From positions 658,177-722,176 of the forward strand of contig CAWBYW010000007.1 in the NCBI GenBank assembly GCA_963792965.1: a DNA stretch of 64,000 nt, written 5' to 3'. The position numbers were made by a program, and so were the translations under genes. Of this stretch, positions 10,576 to 20,310 are shown piece by piece. Each line of letters begins with the position of its first letter. The first letter of the stretch is position 1. Origin of the DNA: an uncultured delta proteobacterium (GTDB lineage: Bacteria; Desulfobacterota; Zymogenia; Zymogenales; Zymogenaceae). The notes beneath the pieces were generated by a model, which was not told where the DNA came from, searched no databases, and saw only the letters and a list, made by a program, of their open reading frames with translations.

Positions 10576-11385
10576 TTAACGCGCCAGTAACGCCCTCACC
10601 TTCGGACAGAACGGACAGAGCTCCCACGAACAGAGGAGAAATAAGGGATCTTCCTTAAGTATTCCGGTCACCGTCGTAAGCAGGCCCTTTCCCGACACCC
10701 GCTGGATCAGGGCGCCGCCCATCCGGTAGTACGTGATAAGCCCTCGCTGTTTCAACGGCTCCTCCACGGCAACAAAGTTGATACTGCATCCCGGATTTTC
10801 CCTCGGCGGGAATTCCCGCGTGGTGCCGTCCGCAAGTCGGGAAAGTAATGGACGGGCGTACTCGTCGCTATACGGGATGTCGAGGTAAGGGACGGCCGCC
10901 ATGGCCTCCGCGACGTGGACGGCGGAGTTTGCCCAGTGCCCCACACCGAGAAGCAGGATATCTCCCCCCTCCTGGAGGATCAGGTCTACCGGTGAGCCAA
11001 CCCCGAGGGCGGTAGCGGTTTCATGGGCACGGACGTAGTGCTCCTTGTCTTTTCCCCATACGGCGACCGAGTGGGAGGGATGGATGCTCCGAACAACGTC
11101 CGCGCGCCTTCGAAAAATCTCGGAGATCACCCCGAGGGTGGTCGGAGTGCTCCCCGGATCGAAGATCCGTGCGGGGGGAAAGGTGAACGTTGGCATCATG
11201 ATGGTGCCGGACTCCGTAACCGACCGAACCAGCGAATCGATAACCGTGTTCGCCCCGCCCTCGACCCACCCGAGCATTTTCAGGCTTGAGTGGACGAGGA
11301 ATCTCTCCCCCTCTTTGGCTCCAATACTCCTCAGGGCTTTTTCGAGGTCGGAGCGGGTGATCTTCTCTTGGTCTGCCGCCGTCAC
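10576..11385 (-). CDS. AAC(3)/YokD-family (Antibiotic_NAT) N-acetyltransferase
   Basis: LVHSSLK, MPTFT, RSIHPSHS, LLLGV, NSAVHVAE; C-terminal CxxxxCxxC. Confidence 0.88.
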   Translation of the reverse strand: MTAADQEKITRSDLEKALRSIGAKEGERFLVHSSLKMLGWVEGGANTVIDSLVRSVTESGTIMMPTFTFPPARIFDPGSTPTTLGVISEIFRRRADVVRSIHPSHSVAVWGKDKEHYVRAHETATALGVGSPVDLILQEGGDILLLGVGHWANSAVHVAEAMAAVPYLDIPYSDEYARPLLSRLADGTTREFPPRENPGCSINFVAVEEPLKQRGLITYYRMGGALIQRVSGKGLLTTVTGILKEDPLFLLCSWELCPFCPKVRALLAR

Positions 11386-11668
11386 GTTTTGTTTCAGGTC
11401 AGTAAGAAATCAGGTCTATAAAAGGAATGATCGACACGCGCCGCTCAGTCTTTCCCAGCCAACGCGAGGAAACGACCTCATCGCCGGCGTCACCCGAAAA
11501 AAGGGGCACGGGAATATGTCGTATCGAGCACGCCACCACGACCCTATGAACGCACGGGTGAACGAGGGCATAAGTCCTCGATATATAACCCCTTTTCGGG
11601 ACGGCTCTATCTGCGGACCCCGCCTCGCATCGACGGCAACGCCGGCTGACGTTCAGCGCTTAGCAGAG

Positions 11669-11684
11669 TGTGATGTCTGTCACA
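11669..11684. promoter_or_regulatory. CRP-type operator TGTGA-N6-TCACA
   Basis: Exact TGTGAtgtctgTCACA in the divergent intergenic region. Confidence 0.6.
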
Positions 11685-11772
11685 TTCGGTATGTTACCCA
11701 TTGTATTCCTTTTTTTTCTCCTTTTTCAAGACTTTTCTGTAGGTTTGACAACTTTATGAAATATTTTTCTCC

Positions 11773-11801
11773 TTGAGCAAAGACGGCAAATGGGATATAC
11801 T
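11773..11801 (+). promoter_or_regulatory. sigma70-like promoter for moxR
   Basis: TTGAGC-17 bp-TATACT, ending 31 bp before the ATG. Confidence 0.55.
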
Positions 11802-11832
11802 CTTAATCTTACATATCGCATAAGGACAGCAC

Positions 11833-12681
11833 ATGAATACCTACGCCGGAACCAAGACTTATATCGTGTCGCCCGAGCTCAGAGATTCCGTTAATGTCTC
11901 TATTGCCCTGTCACGTCCGCTCCTCGTCAAGGGCGAGCCGGGAACGGGCAAGACGCTCCTTGCCCACTCGATCGCCGAGGATCTCAACAAGAGGATCATC
12001 GTCTGGAACGTCAAGTCCACGACGAAAGCCCGGGACGGGCTCTACGTCTATGATACCGTCCAGAGACTCAACGACGCCCGCTTCGGAGAAGGAGACGTCT
12101 CCGACATCAAACGGTATATCAAGCTGGGGAAACTGGGCCAGGCATTCACGACCGACGAGCAGGTGGTGCTCCTGATCGACGAGATCGACAAGGCCGACCT
12201 CGAATTTCCCAACGATCTTCTCGGGGAAATGGATGTCATGACATTTCACATCCCCGAGACCGACGAGACCATCACGGCCAGGCACAGACCCATCGTCATC
12301 ATCACGAGCAATGCCGAAAAAGAGCTGCCGGACGCCTTCCTGCGCCGGTGTGTATTTCACTACATAGAGTTCCCCCCTGAAGAGCTGATGGAGCGGATTA
12401 TCCACGTTCACTTCCCCTCCATCGAGGATCAGCTCCTTTCGTCCGTCCTCAAGAAGTTCTATTGGATACGCACGATTGATCAGCTCCGGAAGAAGCCTTC
12501 CACATCCGAGCTCGTCGATTGGGTGAGGGCGCTCATGGTGGGAGGGATTACGCCCGATCGCATAGAGACCGAGATACCGTTCCTCGGGGCGCTGCTCAAG
12601 AAACGGGAGGATTTTAGCGTGCTGGAACGTCAAGGGGAAAACCAGAAGATATACGAGAAGTACCGCTCCCAGTCCCGGTAG
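11833..12681 (+). CDS. MoxR-family AAA+ ATPase
   Basis: Walker A GEPGTGKT, Walker B LLIDEIDKAD, TSN...LPDAFLRRC. Confidence 0.92.
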   Translation: MNTYAGTKTYIVSPELRDSVNVSIALSRPLLVKGEPGTGKTLLAHSIAEDLNKRIIVWNVKSTTKARDGLYVYDTVQRLNDARFGEGDVSDIKRYIKLGKLGQAFTTDEQVVLLIDEIDKADLEFPNDLLGEMDVMTFHIPETDETITARHRPIVIITSNAEKELPDAFLRRCVFHYIEFPPEELMERIIHVHFPSIEDQLLSSVLKKFYWIRTIDQLRKKPSTSELVDWVRALMVGGITPDRIETEIPFLGALLKKREDFSVLERQGENQKIYEKYRSQSR

Positions 12682-12801
12682 GCGACCCCACGTCCGTGGG
12701 GGGGCGCGGCTTTCGGCCTCGTGCCGAGATATCTCCGCTACTCCTCCGAAGGAACTCGAAGGGTTGTTGCGCCGGTGCCCCTGATTATATCAGAATAGAC
12801 T

Positions 12802-13968
12802 ATGTTTACTGACTTCTTCTTTGAGCTCAAGGCCGCGGGCGTCCCGGTGACGCTCCACGAATGGATCGCCCTGCACGAGGCGCTGGCCAAGAACCTGAAT
12901 TTCGCAAGCCTCGACCACTTTTACGGCGTCGCGCGGGCGATCCTCATCAAGGATGAATCTCTTTTCGATAAGTATGACGTCGCCTTCGCCTCATATTTCA
13001 AAGGGATCCAGACGCCCGACGAGATCATAGACGAGATCCTCAAGGGCCTCAAGAAGGTCGACGCGCTGGCCCTGACCCCTGAGGAGATGGCGCTGCTTTC
13101 GGCGCTGGATCTTGAGCAGGTCCGGGCGAACTTCGAGCGGCAGTGGCGTGAGGGCCACTACAAGGACCACTCCGGCGGCAACCGGGCCATCGGGACGGGT
13201 GGCACCTCCACCCAGGGCGCCTTCGGCTACCATCCGACGGGCATCCGCATCGGGCAGGGGGTATCGCGCTATCGACGCGCGATACAGGTCGCCGAGGAGC
13301 GCCGCTTCAAGAACTACGCGTCCGACGTGATCCTCGATACGAGAAACATGCGTGTCGCCCTCTCACGGCTCCGGACGCTGCTGCCCGAGGGGTCGGAGGA
13401 CGAGCTCTCGCTTGAGAAGACGATCGATAAGACGGCACGAAACGCGGGGGAGATCGATCTCGTCTGGCAGAAGAGCCTCACCAACGCCGCGAAGGTGATC
13501 CTGTTGATGGACGCCGGTGGCTCAATGGACTCGTACGTCGATCTGGCCAGTCGGCTCTTTTCGGCCGCCAAGGCCCAGATCAGGGACCTGAAATATTTCT
13601 ACTTTCATAACTGCATCTACCAGGACATTTACACGGATATGCGGCGCCGGTCCTCCTTACCGACCCACGATTTCCTCACCAAGTTCGGCCCGGAGTATAA
13701 GTGCATCGTGCTGGGGGACGCCGACATGGGGCCGACCGAGCTCCTGAACCGGAACGGGGCGATCCACTATTTCTACTATAACGACGTCCCGGGGATAGAG
13801 TGGCTGCGTCGCGTCAAGGATCACTTCAGGAAGACGATCTGGCTCAACCCTCAGCCCGCCCGCGTCTGGCCCGTGACGGATACGATCCCAATGGTGGAAG
13901 AGATTTTCCCGATGTACGAGCTCTCCATCGACGGCCTGACCGACGGCATCCGACGGCTCATGCGCTAA
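12802..13968 (+). CDS. VWA domain (CoxE-like) partner of MoxR
   Basis: DAGGSM MIDAS-like motif, YFHNCIY, GDA, WLNP; adjacent to MoxR. Confidence 0.88.
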   Translation: MFTDFFFELKAAGVPVTLHEWIALHEALAKNLNFASLDHFYGVARAILIKDESLFDKYDVAFASYFKGIQTPDEIIDEILKGLKKVDALALTPEEMALLSALDLEQVRANFERQWREGHYKDHSGGNRAIGTGGTSTQGAFGYHPTGIRIGQGVSRYRRAIQVAEERRFKNYASDVILDTRNMRVALSRLRTLLPEGSEDELSLEKTIDKTARNAGEIDLVWQKSLTNAAKVILLMDAGGSMDSYVDLASRLFSAAKAQIRDLKYFYFHNCIYQDIYTDMRRRSSLPTHDFLTKFGPEYKCIVLGDADMGPTELLNRNGAIHYFYYNDVPGIEWLRRVKDHFRKTIWLNPQPARVWPVTDTIPMVEEIFPMYELSIDGLTDGIRRLMR

Positions 13969-14104
13969 CCCAACCCGTTAACTTAAGAACCGGCGTTTCA
14001 CTTCATCAGGCGCCGCTGAAAAAGCGGGGCCGCCGGATAGGACACGAAATGCCCCTCTGTTGCGATGGCGGGGCGCGAACGTTAGAGTATCCACGACCCG
14101 CTGA

Positions 14105-14647
14105 TTAGTCTTTCTTGTTCTCAAAGACGCACGCCGGATCCCCCTTTGCCACACACTGGGTTTCCACGATTCGCATCTCGCCAAATCCTCCCGCATGACA
14201 CATCGCTTCAAACGCGCCCGCCAGGAAATCGCAGACCGACACCTTTGAGCTATCGGCAAACCGTATGACGAAAGGGGAAAAAGACGCCCGGCACAGGAAG
14301 ATGCCCTCTTTACCGTCTATTTTCTCAACCTCACCAAACGACCAGCCCCTCTTACCGCCGCTCTTCGTGTAGTGCCTCACGAGCTCTTCGCCCCCAAGGC
14401 CGAGCTTCTCGATCATGGACTGGGAGACCTTGTACGCCGCCTCGTAGCCGGCCCGGCGCATGAAGACTTTTGCCAGGTTAATGCCGCCGATATCCGCGGC
14501 GGCGCGGATCATGTCGCTGAAGGTATCCTGCGGGGTGAGGACAAAACGCTTTCCGAGATAGGTCAACATCCCCTCGTCATCAAGCAGTATATTCTTCTTC
14601 AGCTCTTCCAGATCCGCAGGACTATTGACTCGTTTTCCATCGGCCAT
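14105..14647 (-). CDS. V4R (4-vinyl reductase) domain protein
   Basis: C-terminal VCDFLAG...ETQCVAKGDPACVF signature. Confidence 0.85.
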   Translation of the reverse strand: MADGKRVNSPADLEELKKNILLDDEGMLTYLGKRFVLTPQDTFSDMIRAAADIGGINLAKVFMRRAGYEAAYKVSQSMIEKLGLGGEELVRHYTKSGGKRGWSFGEVEKIDGKEGIFLCRASFSPFVIRFADSSKVSVCDFLAGAFEAMCHAGGFGEMRIVETQCVAKGDPACVFENKKD

Positions 14648-15098
14648 GATACGATCTCCTTTGTCATGAGGTAGGCTGTCCCTCCATCGGGAGGTGATAT
14701 GGTATCGGTCCTTACGTCCCGATCGTTAGGTGGACTGAAGGAAAAGCGGGGGTGCGGCCCCGACTTAATAGAAATGACGGAAGTCCTGACACGGATGCAT
14801 AAATATTTTATATTGTAAACTTTAGCTATTCGCCTTCATAATATAGTACGCCTTTAGGCGATGCAAGTAATTTATTATTACGTCGTCCGTTTATCCCCGG
14901 GACCTCGATACGCCCTTCCGAGCGTCGGAGCCAGGGCGAATCTTCCAATTTGCTCAGATTTCGGCGTTTACGAGACCTCGGCCACTGCTCACCGCTACCG
15001 AGTATGCCTGATCGGGGCTCCTTCGTCCCCGGTAGTGCCCCGGGTGAGGAAAAGGACCCCGGAAGACAAACGTGTCGGGTCAGTTTATGACGATGTCT

Positions 15099-15128
15099 TT
15101 GACAACCGGCCTCGATCCCCCATATAAT
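15099..15128 (+). promoter_or_regulatory. consensus sigma70 promoter for chrA
   Basis: TTGACA-18 bp-TATAAT. Confidence 0.65.
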
Positions 15129-15185
15129 ACTTGTGCAGGAAACTCATTGGAGACACCCTCTGAAAGTGCGTGGAGAGGATACGAT

Positions 15186-16364
15186 TTGGTACATTCTCGA
15201 CATAAAGATATCGACCCCCGCGCCTCGATAGCGGGGCTGTTTCTTTCTTTTCTCAGGCTGGGCGCCACGGCCTTCGGGGGGCCGGCCATGGTGGCCAATG
15301 TCCGTGCAATGGCCGTCGAGAAGAAGGGATGGCTCACCGAGGAATCGTTTCGTCAGGGAGTGGCCCTGTGCCAGACGATCCCCGGGGCGACGGCCATGCA
15401 GAGTTGCGCCTACGTGGGCCTGAGGGTGCGCGGCGTACCGGGGGCCCTGGCGTGCTTCGCGGGATTCGGCCTGCCGGCCTTCATCATCATGATGGGACTT
15501 TCGGCCTTGTATGTGCGCGCGAGTTCCCTGCCCGCGGCGGTCTCGATATTCAACGGGCTTCGGGTGATAACCGTCGCCATTGTCGCCCATTCTTTCATAT
15601 CGTTCGGCAGAGCCTATCTGAAAAAGTGGAGCGATAGCATCATCGCCCTTATTGCCGCAGGCATATTCGGATTGGAGGTGAACCCGATCCTCGTGATACT
15701 GTTGGCCGGCCTTCTGGGGATGTTGTTCTATCGCCAAGAAACGATCCCGCAAGGGATTCACGGGACGGCAGGTGACTCCCGGAATCGCAGATACCTGTTG
15801 GCGATCCTGCTCTCGGCGACGATCGGATATCTCATCCTCTTCATCGTCCACCGGAAGCTCTTCGACATCGGCGTCCTCATGCTCAGGATAGACCTCTTTG
15901 CCTTCGGGGGAGGATTCGCCTCGGTGCCCCTCCTCTTTCACGAGGTGGTCGACGTCCGCTCCTGGATGGACGGCCCCACGTTTCTGAACGGAATAGCGAT
16001 GGGACAGATCACCCCCGGCCCGATAGTGGTGACGGCGACGTTCGTGGGCTACCTGATGTACGGCGTCATGGGGGCAATCGTGGCCACGGTCAGCATTTTC
16101 TTGCCCTCGATCCTGCTCCTCATTGGGATCGTCCCCTATTTTGACCGGTTGCGCGCCTCCTCCTACTTCAACAGGGCCGTTGAGGGTATACTCTTTTCTT
16201 TCGTCGGGCTGCTGTTGATCGTCACGATTCGGTTTGCCTTGTACATCCCCTGGGATACCTATCGAGTGGTCCTGGTTCTGGCGGCCTTTGTCGCCCTCCT
16301 TCTCAGGGTTGATATCGTCTGGGTCGTCCTTATAGGGACAGTGGTCTCTTGGATCATATTATGA
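15186..16364 (+). CDS. chrA: chromate efflux transporter (long-chain CHR)
   Basis: Two repeats with FGG and PGA/PGP motifs; start moved to TTG 15186 (GGAGAGG RBS) because the promoter lies inside the 15072 ORF. Confidence 0.9.
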   Translation: MVHSRHKDIDPRASIAGLFLSFLRLGATAFGGPAMVANVRAMAVEKKGWLTEESFRQGVALCQTIPGATAMQSCAYVGLRVRGVPGALACFAGFGLPAFIIMMGLSALYVRASSLPAAVSIFNGLRVITVAIVAHSFISFGRAYLKKWSDSIIALIAAGIFGLEVNPILVILLAGLLGMLFYRQETIPQGIHGTAGDSRNRRYLLAILLSATIGYLILFIVHRKLFDIGVLMLRIDLFAFGGGFASVPLLFHEVVDVRSWMDGPTFLNGIAMGQITPGPIVVTATFVGYLMYGVMGAIVATVSIFLPSILLLIGIVPYFDRLRASSYFNRAVEGILFSFVGLLLIVTIRFALYIPWDTYRVVLVLAAFVALLLRVDIVWVVLIGTVVSWIIL

Positions 16365-16484
16365 TTCGATGTCTCCCCGCCCGGAATAGAGACTCCTTCC
16401 TTGTGCGCCAGTCGGGGGCCGAGCTATAACCACTCATTAAAAAGAAACAATAAAGATACATTCCCCTGCTCCGTAAGAAAGTGC

Positions 16485-16513
16485 TTGACAGATGACGACT
16501 ACTTTGCTATATT
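16485..16513 (+). promoter_or_regulatory. sigma70 promoter for arsR cluster
   Basis: TTGACA-17 bp-TATATT. Confidence 0.65.
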
Positions 16514-16520
16514 ACCAAAT

Positions 16521-16868
16521 ATGCTAATAGATTCTAAAAAGATGGAAGCACAAAACAGAGCATATCTCGAGGTCAAGTCCCGTATCTTCAAGGCGCTCGG
16601 CCACCCGACAAGACTCTTTATCGTCGAGCAGCTGGCACAAAAAGAACGGTGTGTAAACGAGCTGACGGAAATGGTGGGGTCGGACATGTCGACCATCTCC
16701 AAGCATCTTTCGATTCTCAAGAACGCTTACATAATCCAGGACAGCAAGAAAGGGAACCACGTATTCTACTCCTTGAGCATGCCGTGTGTTCTCAACCTGT
16801 TCGGCTGTGTCGATACCGTCATCAAGTCCGTGGTCGAAGAACAGAGGGGCTGGGTTGCTGAGAGATAA
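16521..16868 (+). CDS. arsR: ArsR/SmtB-family transcriptional regulator (start 16521 or 16542)
   Basis: FKALGHPTRL, ERCVNEL, STISKHLSILK HTH, C-terminal PCVLNLFGC. Confidence 0.88.
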   Translation: MLIDSKKMEAQNRAYLEVKSRIFKALGHPTRLFIVEQLAQKERCVNELTEMVGSDMSTISKHLSILKNAYIIQDSKKGNHVFYSLSMPCVLNLFGCVDTVIKSVVEEQRGWVAER

Positions 16869-16890
16869 AGGGATTCTTTTTTGCTTAAAT

Positions 16891-16914
16891 GTGGCTATTT
16901 AGCCAAATAGCCAC
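16891..16914. promoter_or_regulatory. perfect inverted repeat, probable ArsR operator
   Basis: GTGGCTATTT-agcc-AAATAGCCAC between arsR and the permease. Confidence 0.55.
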
Positions 16915-16952
16915 GTAGTTGGCTCTTTAAGATATTTTTCGGAGGCGACTGG

Positions 16953-17900
16953 GTGTTCAAGTACATTGCCGACAGGCTGGTGTATGGCCTGCTGCACATA
17001 GCGCCGGACACGATGCTCGGCGGGGCCCTCAACTTTTTCTTCTACGACACGATGAAGATCTTTTTCCTGCTCATCGTGATTATTTATGTCGTGGCGGTCA
17101 TTCGATCCTTCTTCCCGCCGGAGCGGGCGCGCCGCCTCCTGGGAAACCGGCGTGAATACGCCGGCAACTTTCTTGCGGCCCTGCTCGGCATCGTAACGCC
17201 GTTTTGCTCCTGCTCGGCGGTGCCGATGTTCATCGGCTTCGTCGAGGCGGGCCTGCCGCTCGGCGTTACGTTCTCGTTTCTTATTTCTTCGCCCACCGTC
17301 AACGAGGTCGCCCTCGTGATGCTCTGGGGACTTTTCGGATGGAAGATAGCGCTCCTCTATATCGCCACGGGCGTCACCCTGGCCTTTTTGAGCGGTATCC
17401 TCATCGGGAAGCTGAATCTCGAAAACCAGGTCGAAGACTACGTCTATAAGATTCGTATGGGCCAAAGCGAGACCGCGGCCCTCACGTGGCGCGACCGCTC
17501 AAGCTATGCGTTTGGATATGTGTACGACATCCTGAAGCGGGTCTGGCTCTTCGTGCTCATCGGCATCGCCATCGGCGCCTGGATTCATGGCTACGCGCCG
17601 ATTGACTTCGTCGTGAAATATGCCGGGGCGGACAACCCCCTGGCCGTGCCGATTGCCGTGCTAATCGCCATACCGCTCTATTCCAACGCGGCCGGCACCA
17701 TTCCTATCGTCCAGGCGCTGGTGGAAAAAGGCATGCCGATAGGGACGGCGCTCGCGTTCATGATGGCGATCGTCGCCATCTCCGTCCCGGAGATGGTGAT
17801 CCTGCGCAAAGTGATAAAGCCCAAACTGATCGCTATCTTTGTGGGCATTGTGTCCATTGCGATTATTATTATTGGATATCTATTCAACGCCGTCTTATGA
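16953..17900 (+). CDS. arsP: ArsP/DUF318-family permease
   Basis: TPFCSCS and PLYSNAAG motifs, SVPEM; ars context. Confidence 0.8.
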   Translation: MFKYIADRLVYGLLHIAPDTMLGGALNFFFYDTMKIFFLLIVIIYVVAVIRSFFPPERARRLLGNRREYAGNFLAALLGIVTPFCSCSAVPMFIGFVEAGLPLGVTFSFLISSPTVNEVALVMLWGLFGWKIALLYIATGVTLAFLSGILIGKLNLENQVEDYVYKIRMGQSETAALTWRDRSSYAFGYVYDILKRVWLFVLIGIAIGAWIHGYAPIDFVVKYAGADNPLAVPIAVLIAIPLYSNAAGTIPIVQALVEKGMPIGTALAFMMAIVAISVPEMVILRKVIKPKLIAIFVGIVSIAIIIIGYLFNAVL

Positions 17901-17932
17901 GAACTGGATAATGAAGCAGAAAGGAGTAAGCA

Positions 17933-18167
17933 ATGAAGAAAATACAGATACTCGGCATGGGCTGTGCCAACTGCAAACGGCTGGAAAAGAACGCGCGAAC
18001 GGCCGTCGAAGAGCTCGGCATCAAATGCGAGGTAGAGAAAGTAGAAGACATTGAAAAGATCATGTCGTTTGGCGTGATGGCGACCCCGGGCCTGGCCGTG
18101 GACGGCAAGGTCGTATCGGCGGGCGAAGCTGCTGACACCCGACGAGATCAAGGAGTTTCTGAAGTAG
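17933..18167 (+). CDS. MTH895/ArsE-like small thioredoxin; 1-base frameshift near 18125
   Basis: GCANC, VMATPGLAVDG; removing one base restores the typical tail GKLLTPDEIKEFLK* (TAG 18165-18167). Confidence 0.82.
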
Positions 18168-18246
18168 GCGACCGCCGGCAAACACGTTCGGTATTCGACA
18201 CACGCACAAGGCAGACTCGTAACATCTATTGTTGGAGGAATATTCC

Positions 18247-18627
18247 ATGAGTTCGAAAAATGATTGTCAATGTTCAACTGCCCCTAAACTGATCTTCCCC
18301 TGCTCCGGGGCCGCGGACGTTGGGGGAATTGCCGACCAGGCAGGGCGGAAGCTATCCCGTGAAGGCATCGGAAACATGTTCTGCCTCGCTGGAATCGGCG
18401 GCGGGGTCTCTGGGATGATCGAATCGACAAAGGCCGCCTCGGCGGTCCTTGCCATCGACGGCTGCCCCATTGACTGCGCTAAAAAGACGCTGGAGAAGGC
18501 GGGCATCACCGATTTTGTCCATCTCAGGGTCACCGACCACGGAATGAAAAAGGGAGAGTCTCCCGTTACCGACGAGAGTATTGATAATATCGCAGATAGG
18601 GGCGCGGCCCTCCTTATGGGTCGTTGA
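18247..18627 (+). CDS. DGC-domain putative zinc-binding protein
   Basis: FPCSGAADVG, CLAG, IDGCPIDC; GGAGG RBS. Confidence 0.88.
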   Translation: MSSKNDCQCSTAPKLIFPCSGAADVGGIADQAGRKLSREGIGNMFCLAGIGGGVSGMIESTKAASAVLAIDGCPIDCAKKTLEKAGITDFVHLRVTDHGMKKGESPVTDESIDNIADRGAALLMGR

Positions 18628-18846
18628 CAGATACGCCTTTCGCGAATAACGATGCCCCATATGTTCATTATACCGGCGTGTCTGTAATCTTGGCAGGCAA
18701 TCGTCTTCGCTCACGGTCCGGACGCGCCCAAGAACTTTCGGGCGACTCTGAATCGACCCGGACGTAGCGGCGCAAGGGAGACACGGCCGGCGTCCCGTAG
18801 TCCCACATGGGTCACCGTTTTTGTGAACAAAGCAAAGGAGAAGAAG

Positions 18847-19473
18847 ATGAAAACACAATTCGTACCGCCGGGATGGGCATTTGACTTTCATGGGCATCGC
18901 TGTCCTTTCATGCCGATCGGCTACCGGATGGGGATGCTGGCAATGGAGAAACTCGGGATCGAGCGCGAGAAGGATCACGGCTTCTTCATATTCCCCGAGA
19001 TGGGAGAAGGCCATCCGCAGAGCTGCATCATGGACGGCATGCAGGCGGCGACCGGCGCAACCTACGGTAAGGCCCTGATGGCCAAAACCTTTTACGGCAA
19101 ACTGGCCGCGACCTTTTATCACCCCAAGAAAGGGGCCGTCCGCTTTTCTCTCACCCCGGCATTTCTGGACGCGATGGGCAAATTCGAGTTCTTCGCATAC
19201 CGCAAGCGTGGCGTGGAGCCGTCGGGCATCCCTTCTGTGGTCGGCGATGAAGTCATCGACTGGATCGCCGAGCAACCGGACGACGCGATCTTTAAGGTCG
19301 AGGATAAACCGGACTTCACCTATACGCCGGTGAAGGGTTCGTTCAACAAGACGCTCTGTACTGAATGCGGGGAATATGTATTCGATCGGTTCGTACGTAT
19401 CAAAGACGGCAAGCCCTTTTGCATACCCTGCTCCGGATATCAAAAAACGGTCAAGCGTGAGAGCGGGGCATGA
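18847..19473 (+). CDS. FmdE-family protein with C-terminal zinc finger
   Basis: FHGHRCP, CIMDG, CTECGE...CIPC. Confidence 0.85.
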   Translation: MKTQFVPPGWAFDFHGHRCPFMPIGYRMGMLAMEKLGIEREKDHGFFIFPEMGEGHPQSCIMDGMQAATGATYGKALMAKTFYGKLAATFYHPKKGAVRFSLTPAFLDAMGKFEFFAYRKRGVEPSGIPSVVGDEVIDWIAEQPDDAIFKVEDKPDFTYTPVKGSFNKTLCTECGEYVFDRFVRIKDGKPFCIPCSGYQKTVKRESGA

Positions 19474-20213
19474 CGGCGGTTATTGCGGGGATCATCACCT
19501 TTGCCTTTACGACCCTGCTCACCATCGCAGGCGTGGGAGCGGCCTTCATCCTGATTCCCGTTTTTATTGCGCTTGGGATCGAGCTCCACGCGGCGATGGC
19601 GACGGCCCTGCTGCTGAACTCAATCAGTATGTCGGTCGCCTCTGTCAATTTCATCAGACGCAAGCTGGTCGTATGGCGAATCGCAATTCCGATTCTCATC
19701 ATCGCCAGCGCGCTCTCTCCCATCGGCGCGCGAGTGAGCCAGCAGCTTGACAAAAACCTGCTGCTCTGGATGTTTGTGGGCTTCCTGGTCTTCGCGGCGG
19801 CAATGATGCTCTTTTACACTCCCAGACTGAGGGAGAGCTCTTACAAAACGGGGACGCTTCTGGGGGTGGGAATGAGCGTCGGCGGCGTTGCCGGGTTTCT
19901 GGGCGGGCTGCTCGGCGTTGGCGGTGGAAACTTCATCGTGCCGGCGCTGGTGGGATTTGGATTTGATCCGAAGAAAGCCTCGGCAACCACCGCATTCGTG
20001 GTGATCTTTGCGTCATTCGCGGGCTTCCTGGGGCATGTGACGCTCGGCGGCATGAACTACCTATTGCTCGGCTTGACCGCGATCGGCTCTGCCGCCGGGG
20101 CCGCTCTCGGGTCGTATCTGATGTCTGATAAGCTCAAGGGAAGACAGGTCAAAATCATCATCGGCCTCGTGTTGATCGGCATCGCCGTCAAGATGATCTG
20201 GGATCTTCTGTAA
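19470..20213 (+). CDS. TauE/SafE-family (sulfite exporter-like) membrane protein
   Basis: GVGAAFILIP and GLLGVGGGNFIVP repeats; multiple TM segments. Confidence 0.85.
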   Translation: MTAVIAGIITFAFTTLLTIAGVGAAFILIPVFIALGIELHAAMATALLLNSISMSVASVNFIRRKLVVWRIAIPILIIASALSPIGARVSQQLDKNLLLWMFVGFLVFAAAMMLFYTPRLRESSYKTGTLLGVGMSVGGVAGFLGGLLGVGGGNFIVPALVGFGFDPKKASATTAFVVIFASFAGFLGHVTLGGMNYLLLGLTAIGSAAGAALGSYLMSDKLKGRQVKIIIGLVLIGIAVKMIWDLL

Positions 20214-20310
20214 TGTATTGGACATGCCGCGCCGAAACGGATAAGCGTGCTGAAAAACAATATGAATACGGTAATAGGAAAGCTGAATCGGGTGACAAAG
20301 GAGATAACGC

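Noticed and set aside
10576-11385. Acquired aminoglycoside-resistance gene
   Set aside because: No mobile context; embedded in a metabolic operon; family membership alone does not show resistance.
11483-11646. 6S RNA assignment
   Set aside because: Only a loose rod-like resemblance; I could not see convincing conserved 6S motifs.
11833-13968. MoxR-VWA as a defence or novel system
   Set aside because: Common chaperone pair with no associated effector genes here.
15072-15185. N-terminal extension of ChrA
   Set aside because: Contains a consensus promoter; the downstream TTG has an RBS.
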